From positions 330,001-362,000 of the forward strand of contig OY969902.1 of NCBI GenBank assembly GCA_963704435.1: 32,000 nucleotides of DNA, read 5' to 3'. Under the pieces are notes generated by a model. That model did not search any database. It was not told the DNA's origin and saw only the letters and a list, made by a program, of their open reading frames with translations. Shown piece after piece: positions 17,719 through 25,899 of the stretch. The translations under genes were made by a program, and so were the position numbers. Position 1 is the first letter of the stretch. Each line of letters begins with the position of its first letter. The DNA comes from an uncultured archaeon. Lineage in GTDB: Archaea; Micrarchaeota; Micrarchaeia; Micrarchaeales; CABMGC01.

Positions 17719-18351
17719 TCAGCCGCGCTGCAGCGTCAGGCCCATGGCCGTCGCAATCTCGATGGCCTTTTGGTTCCTGAGCGCCACGAGTTCCTTCTGC
17801 TCATCACTCAGGCCCTTGGTGTCCTCCCTCATCGAGGCCGCGTAGAGCCACCGGATCTCATTGGCTATTATCCCGAGCTGCTTCTTGTCGAACGTCCCCT
17901 CGGCCATGCCCTGCTCTATGCTCTCCAGGTCGGACAGCTGGTCCTGCACGGACAGCTTCGGCATGACGAGCTTCCTTGCGGAGATCCCTGCCAGGTCGCC
18001 CTTGACCGATTCCCCGAGCTCCCTCCCTGCGCCGCCAACGACGCCGCTGAGCGCCCTCGCGGCGCCCTCCGCTTCATTCCCGAGGGACGGCTTCCTGACG
18101 GCCGGCGCCTGAGGTTCCGCGCGCTGCGCCGCTGCCTTCTGCGCCTGCGGCTGCTGGGCGGCAGCCTCCGCGGTCTTCGCCTCCACGCTCTCGAGCAGCG
18201 CGCTCACCTCCGAATACGCGACGGCCCTTATCTCCATCCCCTTCGAGAGCATCGCGTCTATGTCGATGGCGGCGGTCCCGGTGCCGCCCGCTGCCGCCTC
18301 CCCTATGAGCGCCGCCGCCTTCTCGTAATCGCTCGCATCGTCCGCGGTCAC
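17719..18351 (-). CDS. Hypothetical protein (210 aa), Ala/Glu-rich, encoded inside the pilus-like operon
   Basis: Open frame with 4-nt overlap with the ATPase stop; 'LSVQDQLSDLESIEQGMAEGTFDKKQLGIIANEIRWLYAASMRED'. Confidence 0.75.
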   Translation of the reverse strand: MTADDASDYEKAAALIGEAAAGGTGTAAIDIDAMLSKGMEIRAVAYSEVSALLESVEAKTAEAAAQQPQAQKAAAQRAEPQAPAVRKPSLGNEAEGAARALSGVVGGAGRELGESVKGDLAGISARKLVMPKLSVQDQLSDLESIEQGMAEGTFDKKQLGIIANEIRWLYAASMREDTKGLSDEQKELVALRNQKAIEIATAMGLTLQRG

Positions 18352-19874
18352 GCCAATCCCTTCTCGACCACGTCGCGCGAGTAGGCCACGTCCGCATCGA
18401 CGATCTTCATCACCTTGTCCCTGTCCTTGTAGTAGTTGGCGACGACGAACCCGGAGGAGTCGACGTCAAAGACGTTGTTCTTGACCATCCAGTTCATGAC
18501 CTTCCGCTTATCCTCCAGGCTCTGGTTAAGCTCCGCCCTGTTGAACCCGCCGTATAGCGTTATCATCTCGCTGAGCCTCGCGAGCTCGGAGATCTGGGAG
18601 AACGTGTCGTTGCGCATGTCCCACCTGTAGTTGATGCTGACGTCGCCGTTCCTCGACATCTCGCCGAACTCCAGCACCCTCCTTATGCCGAGCCTCCTGT
18701 GCCTGAACAGCGTGATTATCCCCCCGAAGGCGTTCATCATCAGCTTCGGGACCTCGATCGGCGGATTCGTCATCCTGATCACCGTGTCCTGCGCGTTGTC
18801 CGCGTGCACCGTCCCGTACACCGCGTGGCCCGTGTGTATCGCCTCGAACAGGGTCTCCGAGTCGTTCTTGGTCCTCACCTCTCCCACCAGCATGACGTCC
18901 GGCCTCTGCCTGAGCGCGTTTATCATGAGGTTGTAGAGCGTGACCTCGCCCTTGCCCTCGGGGTTTGGCTGCCTCGTCAGCATCGGGATCCAGTGCAGGA
19001 ACGCCGGAAGCGTGAGCTCGCGCGTCTCCTCGACCGAGATGACCCTGTGGTTCGCGGGTATGAATATGCTCATCGCATTCAGGAAGCTCGTCTTCCCGCT
19101 CGCCGTTCCCCCTGAGATGAGCAGGCTGATCTCGTTCTCAACGCAGAGCCAGACCAGCGCGGCGAGCTCCGATGATATGGTCTTGTTGGCCACCATCGCG
19201 GGCATCGTCCACGGGTTCTTCCCGAACTTCCTTATCGTTATCGTGTTGCCCTTCTGCGATATCGGATACAGGGTGGCGTTGACCCTCGATCCGTCGGGCA
19301 GCTCCGCGTCCATGAGCGGGGAGAGGTTGGACACCTGCCTGCCTATCCTCCTGCCTATGGCCTCCGCGTTGTCGTATATTATCGTCTCGTCGGCTATCGT
19401 TATGTTCGTCTTGCACCACCCGAACGTCTTGTGGTACACCCACACCGGCTCCTTCGACGTGTTGACCGCGATCTCCTCGAGGTTCTCGTCCGCGAGCGGG
19501 GCCTCCAGGTCGCCCAGGCCGAGCATGAAGTTTATTATGTAGGCTATGAGCACCCTCTTGGTGTCCTCCGACGACCCGGGCAGGTACCTCTCTATCACCA
19601 TCTCCGAGGTCTCCTCGTACCTCTTCGAGAGCGCGTCCACGTACTCCTTGTCCTCGATCTTCGACGGGTCTATGGGCACCATCGACAGGAGCTCCTGCCT
19701 GAGCGACACCAGCAGCACCTTCGTCGCGTCGCCGAGGCCCCTGGTGGTGACCTCATATATGGGCGTGAAGTCGCCCTTGTCGAGTATCCTGACCTTCACG
19801 TTGAGGCCGTGCGCGTCAAGCTCGTACGCTGCGTATTCCTTCTCCGCAACCCCTGGCTTCTGCGCGTCTGGCAT
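18348..19874 (-). CDS. Type II/IV secretion system ATPase (TadA/VirB11/ArlI-like)
   Basis: 'GRQVSNLSPLMDAELPDGSRVNATLYPISQKGNTITIRKF', Walker A 'ISGGTASGKTSFLNA', 'SVEETREL', 'RQRPDVMLVGEVRTKNDSETLFEAIHTGHAVYGTVHADNA'. Confidence 0.95.
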   Translation of the reverse strand: MPDAQKPGVAEKEYAAYELDAHGLNVKVRILDKGDFTPIYEVTTRGLGDATKVLLVSLRQELLSMVPIDPSKIEDKEYVDALSKRYEETSEMVIERYLPGSSEDTKRVLIAYIINFMLGLGDLEAPLADENLEEIAVNTSKEPVWVYHKTFGWCKTNITIADETIIYDNAEAIGRRIGRQVSNLSPLMDAELPDGSRVNATLYPISQKGNTITIRKFGKNPWTMPAMVANKTISSELAALVWLCVENEISLLISGGTASGKTSFLNAMSIFIPANHRVISVEETRELTLPAFLHWIPMLTRQPNPEGKGEVTLYNLMINALRQRPDVMLVGEVRTKNDSETLFEAIHTGHAVYGTVHADNAQDTVIRMTNPPIEVPKLMMNAFGGIITLFRHRRLGIRRVLEFGEMSRNGDVSINYRWDMRNDTFSQISELARLSEMITLYGGFNRAELNQSLEDKRKVMNWMVKNNVFDVDSSGFVVANYYKDRDKVMKIVDADVAYSRDVVEKGLA

Positions 19875-19878
19875 CCGA

Positions 19879-21081
19879 TCACTTAGCTATATCGTCCATG
19901 TCCTTTTTTATCTTTTCCAGGCCCGCGGTGGCTTCGCCCTCGCGCATCCCCGCTTCGCCCAGCTTCGACTCGACGTCCTCCAGCTCCTTCTCCCTCTTCC
20001 CCGCGTCGAGCCTGCCCAGCGCGTCTATCGCCTTCAGCTGGTCGGAGAGCTCGCTCAGCTGCTTGGAGAGCTCGTCGCGCTCCTTCTCGGCGCCGGCTAT
20101 GTCGGTCTTGACCTTGTCCAGCTTGTCCCCGAGCTCCGCGAACCCGCCGAAGCGGCCCTTCATGTCCGCGAGCACCGTCCTCAGCTCGGTTATCCTCTTG
20201 TTCGCCGCGGCGTAGGCGTTGCCGACCTCTCCGCTGGCTTTCGCTATGTCGTCGAGCATCTTCTCCCGCTCCCTTGACGCACGCCTCCTTATGGCCTCCG
20301 AGTCGCGCTCGTACGCCTTCGACTGGGTCGTCAGGTCCTCCACCTCCTTCTGGCGCTGGAACACGAGACGCTTCATCGACGCGTCCTCCTGCCTGAGCCC
20401 GTCGAGCGTCTCCGTGAAGCTCCTCCTGCTCGACGCGACGGCCTTGTCGAACTCCTTGTCGAGCTTTCCGATCGTCTCCTCCGCGTCGCTGATCCTCTCG
20501 CGCATGTCGGCGATCATGGCCCTCGCCTCCTCGTCGCCTCCCGTGCGCTTCGGCGCGGCGGCGCGCTGGTCGAGCGCAAGCATGCTCTTGTTCAGCGCGC
20601 CGACGATCCCGTCTATGTAGTCCTTCCTGTCCTTCAGCCTGCGGTACGCCGCCTCCAGCTGCGAATCCAGACGGTTTATGCTGTCGAGCGCGGTCTTTAT
20701 CTCTCCGGCCCTGCCCCGGTATGCCTCCTCGGCGCCGGCCTCGAAGCGCTTGAACTCGTCTATCTTCGCGGTTATCTGGTTTATTATGTTGACCTGCGCA
20801 GCGAGCTCGGTCTCCGCTATGTTCTTCTTGAGCTCGGCCGTCTTCTTCGCTTCCCCGACGCCTGCGCCCGCCTCGGCGCCGGAGACCAGGGAGACGTACA
20901 TCTTCCCGACTTTGTAGGTTATCTTGACGATCTTCGCCTTCTCCAGCGCGTCCGCCCAGGCCTCCACTATCCCGGGACCAACCCCGAGCGTGATTGCGAG
21001 CGCGGACGATTCCGTCTCGCCGTGCTCGTTAAGGTACTTGACCAGGTCGTCGATGCTGGTCGTTATGCGCTGGTCGGCCAT
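19879..21081 (-). CDS. N-terminal winged-helix-like domain followed by a long coiled coil (400 aa)
   Basis: Start at MADQRITTSIDDLVKYLNEHGETESSALA; heptad-rich remainder. The track ORF's 59 aa N-terminal extension crosses the intergenic gap and is not supported. Confidence 0.8.
   Translation of the reverse strand: MADQRITTSIDDLVKYLNEHGETESSALAITLGVGPGIVEAWADALEKAKIVKITYKVGKMYVSLVSGAEAGAGVGEAKKTAELKKNIAETELAAQVNIINQITAKIDEFKRFEAGAEEAYRGRAGEIKTALDSINRLDSQLEAAYRRLKDRKDYIDGIVGALNKSMLALDQRAAAPKRTGGDEEARAMIADMRERISDAEETIGKLDKEFDKAVASSRRSFTETLDGLRQEDASMKRLVFQRQKEVEDLTTQSKAYERDSEAIRRRASREREKMLDDIAKASGEVGNAYAAANKRITELRTVLADMKGRFGGFAELGDKLDKVKTDIAGAEKERDELSKQLSELSDQLKAIDALGRLDAGKREKELEDVESKLGEAGMREGEATAGLEKIKKDMDDIAK
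20996..21068 (+). repeat. Copy 1 of a 73-bp perfect direct repeat (partner 21295..21367)
   Basis: GCGAGCGCGGACGATTCCGTCTCGCCGTGCTCGTTAAGGTACTTGACCAGGTCGTCGATGCTGGTCGTTATGC present in both locations, offset 299. Confidence 0.95.
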
Positions 21082-21170
21082 GGGTACGCATAGGGTGTTG
21101 TTATTTAAAGCCTTAACGCTTCTGTTCTGGGAAAAACAACGGTGGAGCTTCGCGCCCAGAACCTGCTGCC

Positions 21171-21386
21171 TCAGCCCTTGGCGACCGGCGCGAGGTACAT
21201 CCTTCCCCTCTTGTAGATTACCTTCGTCATCTTCGCCTTCTCCAGCGCTCCCGCCCACGCCTCTATTACCGCCTCGCTCACTCCGAGAGTGCCCGCGAGC
21301 GCGGACGATTCCGTCTCGCCGTGCTCGTTAAGGTACTTGACCAGGTCGTCGATGCTGGTCGTTATGCTCTGTTCGTCCGAGGACAT
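21171..21386 (-). CDS. Standalone 71 aa wHTH-like protein, paralogue of the N-terminus of the 19879..21081 protein
   Basis: MSSDEQSITTSIDDLVKYLNEHGETESSALAGTLGVSEAVIEAWAGALEKAKMTKVIYKRGRMYLAPVAKG aligns along its length with MADQRITTSIDDLVKYLNEHGETESSALAITLG...KITYKVGKMYVSLVSG. Confidence 0.75.
   Translation of the reverse strand: MSSDEQSITTSIDDLVKYLNEHGETESSALAGTLGVSEAVIEAWAGALEKAKMTKVIYKRGRMYLAPVAKG
21295..21367 (+). repeat. Copy 2 of the 73-bp perfect direct repeat
   Basis: Identical to 20996..21068 by direct reading. Confidence 0.95.
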
Positions 21387-21438
21387 AGGGTTGCATTTGC
21401 AGCTGAATGAATTTATGCCTTTCCGGTGCGCGCTGGTC

Positions 21439-22194
21439 TCAGCCCAGCGGAGCGGATGCGCCGACTCCGGACGCTATGAAATCGGCCATCTCCTCCCCTA
21501 TCGCAACCTCTGGGGAGATGACCCTCCTCGCACCCGCCCGCTCCATCTTGGATATGTCCTCCAGCCTTTTCACCCTGGAGATTATCCTTATCCGGGAATT
21601 TGCGCTGCGCGCGGCGAGCGTCACGAACGTGTTCTCTATGTCATTGTCGTCGAGAGCGAGCAGGACCGCCGCCTCCCCTATCCGCGCGCCCAGGAGCGAC
21701 TCCTGCTGGGTCGGGTCCGCATGCAGCGCCAGGAATCCGTCCTTGATGGCCTTCCTCACGCGCAGCCCGTCGTTGTCCACGAAGACGACTCCTATGCCCT
21801 GGGCCCTGACCTGCTTCGCGAGGTTTAGCCCTATGCCGTTTATCGGGGTTATTACCATGTGCTTTGACTCCACCCTTATCCTCTGCCTTGAGACCAGGTA
21901 CCTCAGGTCTATGCTGCCGAGCAGCTGGTAGAACAGCGTGGTGAATATGATCGTGAATGCGATATTGCCTATCGCTCCTATCGTTACGGCGGTGAGTATG
22001 AACGGGTTCTTCGCGTCGACGAGGCTGGCGCTCGGAGGAAACGTCGCGCCGACTACGTTGAACATGCTGAACAGCACCGCGGCGCCTATGCCGAAGTTGG
22101 CCGCGTAGACGAGCGCGACCGATGCCGCGAACACCACCACTATCACCGCTGCGGACAGCAGGTGTATCATCCGGAACCTGACCATGCTAAGCAC
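21439..22194 (-). CDS. Membrane protein with C-terminal TrkA-N (RCK)-like domain, channel-like
   Basis: Hydrophobic helices then 'HMVITPINGIGLNLAKQVRAQGIGVVFVDNDGLRVRKAIKDGFLALHADPTQQESLLGARIGEAAVLLALDDNDIENTFV'. Start could be 22194 or 22185. Confidence 0.8.
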   Translation of the reverse strand: MLSMVRFRMIHLLSAAVIVVVFAASVALVYAANFGIGAAVLFSMFNVVGATFPPSASLVDAKNPFILTAVTIGAIGNIAFTIIFTTLFYQLLGSIDLRYLVSRQRIRVESKHMVITPINGIGLNLAKQVRAQGIGVVFVDNDGLRVRKAIKDGFLALHADPTQQESLLGARIGEAAVLLALDDNDIENTFVTLAARSANSRIRIISRVKRLEDISKMERAGARRVISPEVAIGEEMADFIASGVGASAPLG

Positions 22195-22963
22195 CGCACT
22201 CCCTGGCGAGGTACTCTCCCATCTCTAGCCCCGCGAGATGTTCGGGTATCACCGCTATGTCGACCCCTATCGTGTGGGCCTTCCTCCTGACGTGCTCGTC
22301 CTCGAGCCGGCACGCTATCTTCACACTGGCGTTGAGGTTCCGCACCGCGAGCGCGCCCATCACGTTGTCGGTGTCGTCATCGGACAGGAACGCGACCGCG
22401 CGTGCACGGCCCACCCCTGCGCGCTTCAGCACCTCAGGCTCAAGGAAGTCGCCAACGATGTTCGGAATCTTGTTGTCGCTCAGCTCTCCGCTCTTGCTCC
22501 TCTTCGCGACGATCACTATGTAACGCGTGCCCGCGGCCTTGAGCTTCTTGACCAGCGACTCGGTAATGCTGTTGTACTCCCCTATTATGATGTGGTCGGA
22601 GAGCGAGCGCGCCCTTATCTCATTCACGAACCCCTCCACGTTCGCGTACTGCAGGAAGTCGATGACCGCGGCGAGTATGAAGCTGACCACGAGTATCCTG
22701 CTGAGGTTGTCGACCAGCACGACCGCTATCACGGACAGGGTCCCGCCCAGGCTGAGAGCGTGCGTCCCGAACACGAACGCAGCGAGGTCCGTCGACGCCG
22801 CGACGTTCTGGACGTCGAAGAACGCCTCGAGCTCGAAGTAAGCCGACAGGTACGCGTCCTTGGTCAGGGACCAGAGGACGAGCAGCGAGACGAGTATCAC
22901 CACCAGCGTTATCACGAGGGTTATCGCCATGACGCTGAAAGTGTTGTCCCTCTCCTCCGGCAT
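22187..22963 (-). CDS. Membrane protein with C-terminal TrkA-N (RCK)-like domain, channel-like
   Basis: N-terminal helices then 'SDHIIIGEYNSITESLVKKLKAAGTRYIVIVAKR...NIVGDFLEPEVLKRAGVGRARAVAFLSDDDTDNVMGALAVRNL'. Confidence 0.8.
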   Translation of the reverse strand: MPEERDNTFSVMAITLVITLVVILVSLLVLWSLTKDAYLSAYFELEAFFDVQNVAASTDLAAFVFGTHALSLGGTLSVIAVVLVDNLSRILVVSFILAAVIDFLQYANVEGFVNEIRARSLSDHIIIGEYNSITESLVKKLKAAGTRYIVIVAKRSKSGELSDNKIPNIVGDFLEPEVLKRAGVGRARAVAFLSDDDTDNVMGALAVRNLNASVKIACRLEDEHVRRKAHTIGVDIAVIPEHLAGLEMGEYLARECGA

Positions 22964-22970
22964 AGAAACA

Positions 22971-23396
22971 CTACGTTCCCTTGATCAGCTCCTTGAACAG
23001 CTCGTCGCTCGCTGACTTGTTGGGTGTCGCCACGAAGTTCGCACCTGCCTCCTTCAGCTTCTCCTTCAGGAGCTCGTTGTTCGCCCTTGTCGCGATCAGT
23101 ATCTTGTCGTTCAGGTTCTTAGCTGCTATGACCGCGAAGAGGTCCTTGGCGTCGTTGTCCATCGCTATCGCGATTGCCCTGGCCCTCTCTATGCCGGCGG
23201 TCTTCAGCACCTTGGATGACGTGGCGTCTCCCTCGACGACGGTGAGACCCCTCTCCCTCAGAATCTTGGCCTTGTCGTGGTCCGTCTCGACCATGACGAC
23301 CCTTATGCTGTGTTCCTGCAGTATGTCGACGACCTTCTCCCCGACGAGACCGTATCCGCACACAATTACATGATCCTTGAACTCGCTTTCGGCCAT
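22971..23396 (-). CDS. Soluble TrkA-N (NAD-binding) domain protein
   Basis: 'DHVIVCGYGLVGEKVVDILQEHSIRVVMVETDHDKAKILRERGLTVVEGDATSSKVLKTAGIERARAIAIAMDNDAKDLFAVIAAKNL'. Confidence 0.9.
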   Translation of the reverse strand: MAESEFKDHVIVCGYGLVGEKVVDILQEHSIRVVMVETDHDKAKILRERGLTVVEGDATSSKVLKTAGIERARAIAIAMDNDAKDLFAVIAAKNLNDKILIATRANNELLKEKLKEAGANFVATPNKSASDELFKELIKGT

Positions 23397-23556
23397 GAGA
23401 TTTCCTCAAACACCGGTTCCAGCGCATTTGTCAGCGCAGTCTTGCCGTGCAGTGTTGGTTAATACGTTTATTCTAATAAACGTTCCATTTCCTGCGTCAT
23501 CCCAATCGACCTGGGCAAGAACCACAGCCGAGCAGGAAGAAAGGGAAATGGGCTGA

Positions 23557-24150
23557 TTACCGCTTCTTTCCGCTGCGGGATGAGATGACCTCTCGCATCA
23601 GCTTCCGGTAGGACTGCAGGGCGTTCGTCTGCTCCTCCTTCAGCGTCTTGTTGCCTATCTTGCCTTCCAGACGGGTGTATATCACGACATCGATGTAGTC
23701 CGCCGACTTCACTATCTTGGCCTCGATCGTCTCCCTGGCCTTTTCCTCCGCGACGAGCCTCTTGTACTCGCCCTGCATGCGGCTGTCGCCGATCAGGTTG
23801 ATGGTCTTGTTGAGAGTGTAGTTAGTGAGCTTGTCCAGCGCGGTCCTGAGCTGGGCCGAGTGCGGCACATCGTACTTCAGCTCGTGCGGTATGTCCCCGG
23901 ACGTGACCTCCTCGATATCGTGGACCAGGGCCATGCGCAGCACCCGCTCCGGGTCGTTCCTCACGCCTATCTCGTTAAGGTAATCTGACAGCACCATCGC
24001 GATCAGCGCAGTACTGCCCAAGTGCTGCATCACGGTCTGCGGCCTGATGAATCTCTTAGTGTTGTACCGCGTTATGGCGCCGAGCCTGTCCACGGAGAAC
24101 TCCAGGAAGCCGTCGACGAAGCTGTCGATCTTGGCGAGCTCCTTCTCCAT
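23557..24150 (-). CDS. HD-domain phosphohydrolase (YfbR/HDDC2-like 5'-nucleotidase family)
   Basis: 'RPQTVMQHLGSTALIAMVLSDYL...RVLRMALVHDIEEVTSGDIPHELK...KIVKSADYIDVVIYTR'. Confidence 0.85.
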   Translation of the reverse strand: MEKELAKIDSFVDGFLEFSVDRLGAITRYNTKRFIRPQTVMQHLGSTALIAMVLSDYLNEIGVRNDPERVLRMALVHDIEEVTSGDIPHELKYDVPHSAQLRTALDKLTNYTLNKTINLIGDSRMQGEYKRLVAEEKARETIEAKIVKSADYIDVVIYTRLEGKIGNKTLKEEQTNALQSYRKLMREVISSRSGKKR

Positions 24151-24223
24151 TCGCGCACCCCTGCGTCATCCTTCGATACGAAGGTATATATCTGTTGGTC
24201 AGCGCCGCGGAGATGCAGGCGGT

Positions 24224-24790
24224 CTACTTCTTCGAGACGAATTCGTTGCCCCTTATGTAGAACCTCAGCAGCTTTTCCTGTCCCTTCGAGAGCCCTATCC
24301 TCGTGGTTCTGACCGTCTCGAACCGCTTATTGCTGCCTTCTATGAACAGGTTGCTAGTAAGGAGATCAAGGCCGTCGTGACTCTTGTTTATGCCCAAAGC
24401 CTGGGTCAGCTTGCCAGGGCCATTCGTGAGGTTGATTGTCTCGCTGGTTCCCCTGCGCCTTTTCATCAGCGCCAGGCCTTCAAGGGGCTCCAGCGCCCTT
24501 ATCAGGACCGCCCCGAGCGGGCCCTTCTTCGCGATGACGTTCAGCATCCAGTGGTTCCCGTAAGTGAAGTATACGAAAGCGTGGCCCGGCGGAAGCAGAA
24601 GAGACTTGGGTATGCTCCGTGCCTTACGGAGCCCGATCGCGCCGGGGTCGTTGCGCCCGAGGTAGGCCTCGGTCTCCACGATCTTTCCCTTGAGGGTTCT
24701 TCCCCTTGATTCGCAGACCAGGACTTTCCCGAGCAGTCCCCTCGCTACGACGCGCGGATCTCTGGAATAGAAGCTCCTCGAAAGTCTCAT
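24224..24790 (-). CDS. 3-methyladenine DNA glycosylase, AAG/MPG family
   Basis: 'RGLLGKVLVCESRGRTLKGKIVETEAYLG', 'PPGHAFVYFTYGNHWMLNV', 'GAVLIRALEPLEGLALM', 'LTNGPGKLTQALGINKSHDGLDL'. Confidence 0.9.
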   Translation of the reverse strand: MRLSRSFYSRDPRVVARGLLGKVLVCESRGRTLKGKIVETEAYLGRNDPGAIGLRKARSIPKSLLLPPGHAFVYFTYGNHWMLNVIAKKGPLGAVLIRALEPLEGLALMKRRRGTSETINLTNGPGKLTQALGINKSHDGLDLLTSNLFIEGSNKRFETVRTTRIGLSKGQEKLLRFYIRGNEFVSKK

Positions 24791-24868
24791 GGCAAATTCA
24801 TCCCGCGAGATACTATTGAATGGATATCCTAATTTATTCCGAACCTATGAATAATAATTATACATAAA

Positions 24869-24880
24869 GTTTATATATAT
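24869..24880 (+). promoter_or_regulatory. Putative archaeal TATA box for the MNT-HEPN pair (likely leaderless mRNA)
   Basis: GTTTATATATAT about 20-30 nt upstream of the GTG start at 24899. Confidence 0.5.
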
Positions 24881-24898
24881 TCTCACCATACATAAATC

Positions 24899-25507
24899 GT
24901 GGCCGACTATAAACAGATGCTGATTGATGAGCAAGCGCACACCTACATAAAAGACGCGAAGAGGCTGCTCGGCCGGACGGACGGAAAGCAGCTCAGCTCA
25001 AAGGAGGTGATTAACGAGCTGATAGGAAGGCGCGTCAGGTATCTGAGATTGGGGAAGGAGATAAAAGGCTACATAAATGAGTTTGTCAGCAACGCAGCAA
25101 GCGACCGGAATGTTCGCGGGCTGCTTCTCTTTGGTTCTGTTGCCAAAAACACCTTCGGAAGGTATAGCGACATCGATATCATGGTCCTCGTAAACGTTGA
25201 GGACGCACTAGGATACCTGAATAAGATCAACAAAGCGATAAAAGATGCAGAACCCGCTAGGGAGAATCTGGTCGGCAAGGGACTTTATTTGCGCATAAGC
25301 CCGTTGGTGCTGTCCACTTCCGAATTGGATCATTTCAGGTCGATATATATAAATTTCGTAGAAGAGGGCATTATATTATTTGAAAGGATGGATTCTCTAA
25401 CCGATTTCCTTAATAATATCAAAAGGAACGTTAACTATGAGCACATCCAGATAAATGACGTGCCGGTAATAAAATGGAAGATAAACAAGTCGCTGCCGAC
25501 GCAATAG
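24899..25507 (+). CDS. Minimal nucleotidyltransferase (MNT) domain protein, putative partner/antitoxin of the HEPN protein
   Basis: 'VRGLLLFGSVAKNTFGRYSDIDIMVLV' = GSxAxGxxxxxSDID-type signature; GTG start at 24899. Confidence 0.82.
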   Translation: MADYKQMLIDEQAHTYIKDAKRLLGRTDGKQLSSKEVINELIGRRVRYLRLGKEIKGYINEFVSNAASDRNVRGLLLFGSVAKNTFGRYSDIDIMVLVNVEDALGYLNKINKAIKDAEPARENLVGKGLYLRISPLVLSTSELDHFRSIYINFVEEGIILFERMDSLTDFLNNIKRNVNYEHIQINDVPVIKWKINKSLPTQ

Positions 25508-25899
25508 AAAGTGCCAAGCGGTGGCTACGGTCCGCGGAGCTGAACGCGAAAGCAGGCAACTACGACTCGGCGCTCTACAGCCTGGAAATGGCAAACGAGA
25601 TAGCGTTTAAGGCAGTGCTTATCACTCTGGGTGTTGATGCCCCGAAAACGCACAACATATCGGACGTATTTGCCAAATCGGTGAGCGCGGATAAGAAGGC
25701 GTCGAAGATATTCGAGGGAAGGATGGACGCTGCGATAGACACCTTCCGGTCCCTGCTTGAATTGCGCAGCATAAGCGGTTACATATATGAAACCAGGTAC
25801 GATGTGCGCGCATTAAAGGGCAAGTATAACTCATACGCGAAGCCAGTGGAAGACATAGTTGGAACGTGCGAAAAGGCGGTTAAGGAGAGAAAAGAGTAA
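25474..25899 (+). CDS. HEPN-domain protein, putative toxin/RNase or AMPylation target of the MNT partner
   Basis: 'AIESAKRWLRSAELNAKAGNYDSALYSLEMANEIAFKAVLITLGVDAPKTHNISDVF...GYIYETRYD'; overlaps the MNT gene by 34 nt. Confidence 0.8.
   Translation: MEDKQVAADAIESAKRWLRSAELNAKAGNYDSALYSLEMANEIAFKAVLITLGVDAPKTHNISDVFAKSVSADKKASKIFEGRMDAAIDTFRSLLELRSISGYIYETRYDVRALKGKYNSYAKPVEDIVGTCEKAVKERKE

Noticed and set aside
16906-18384. 492 aa plus-strand ORF opposite the platform protein and 210 aa gene
   Set aside because: Shadow ORF in GC-rich DNA. The opposite strand carries a recognisable platform protein and 4-nt-coupled genes; this translation has no family features.
21082-21258. 59 aa N-terminal extension of the coiled-coil protein ORF (MGGSAGEGEDDEGNLQEGK...)
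   Set aside because: Translates intergenic DNA and the end of the 71 aa wHTH gene; the conserved paralogous start is MADQRITT at 21081.
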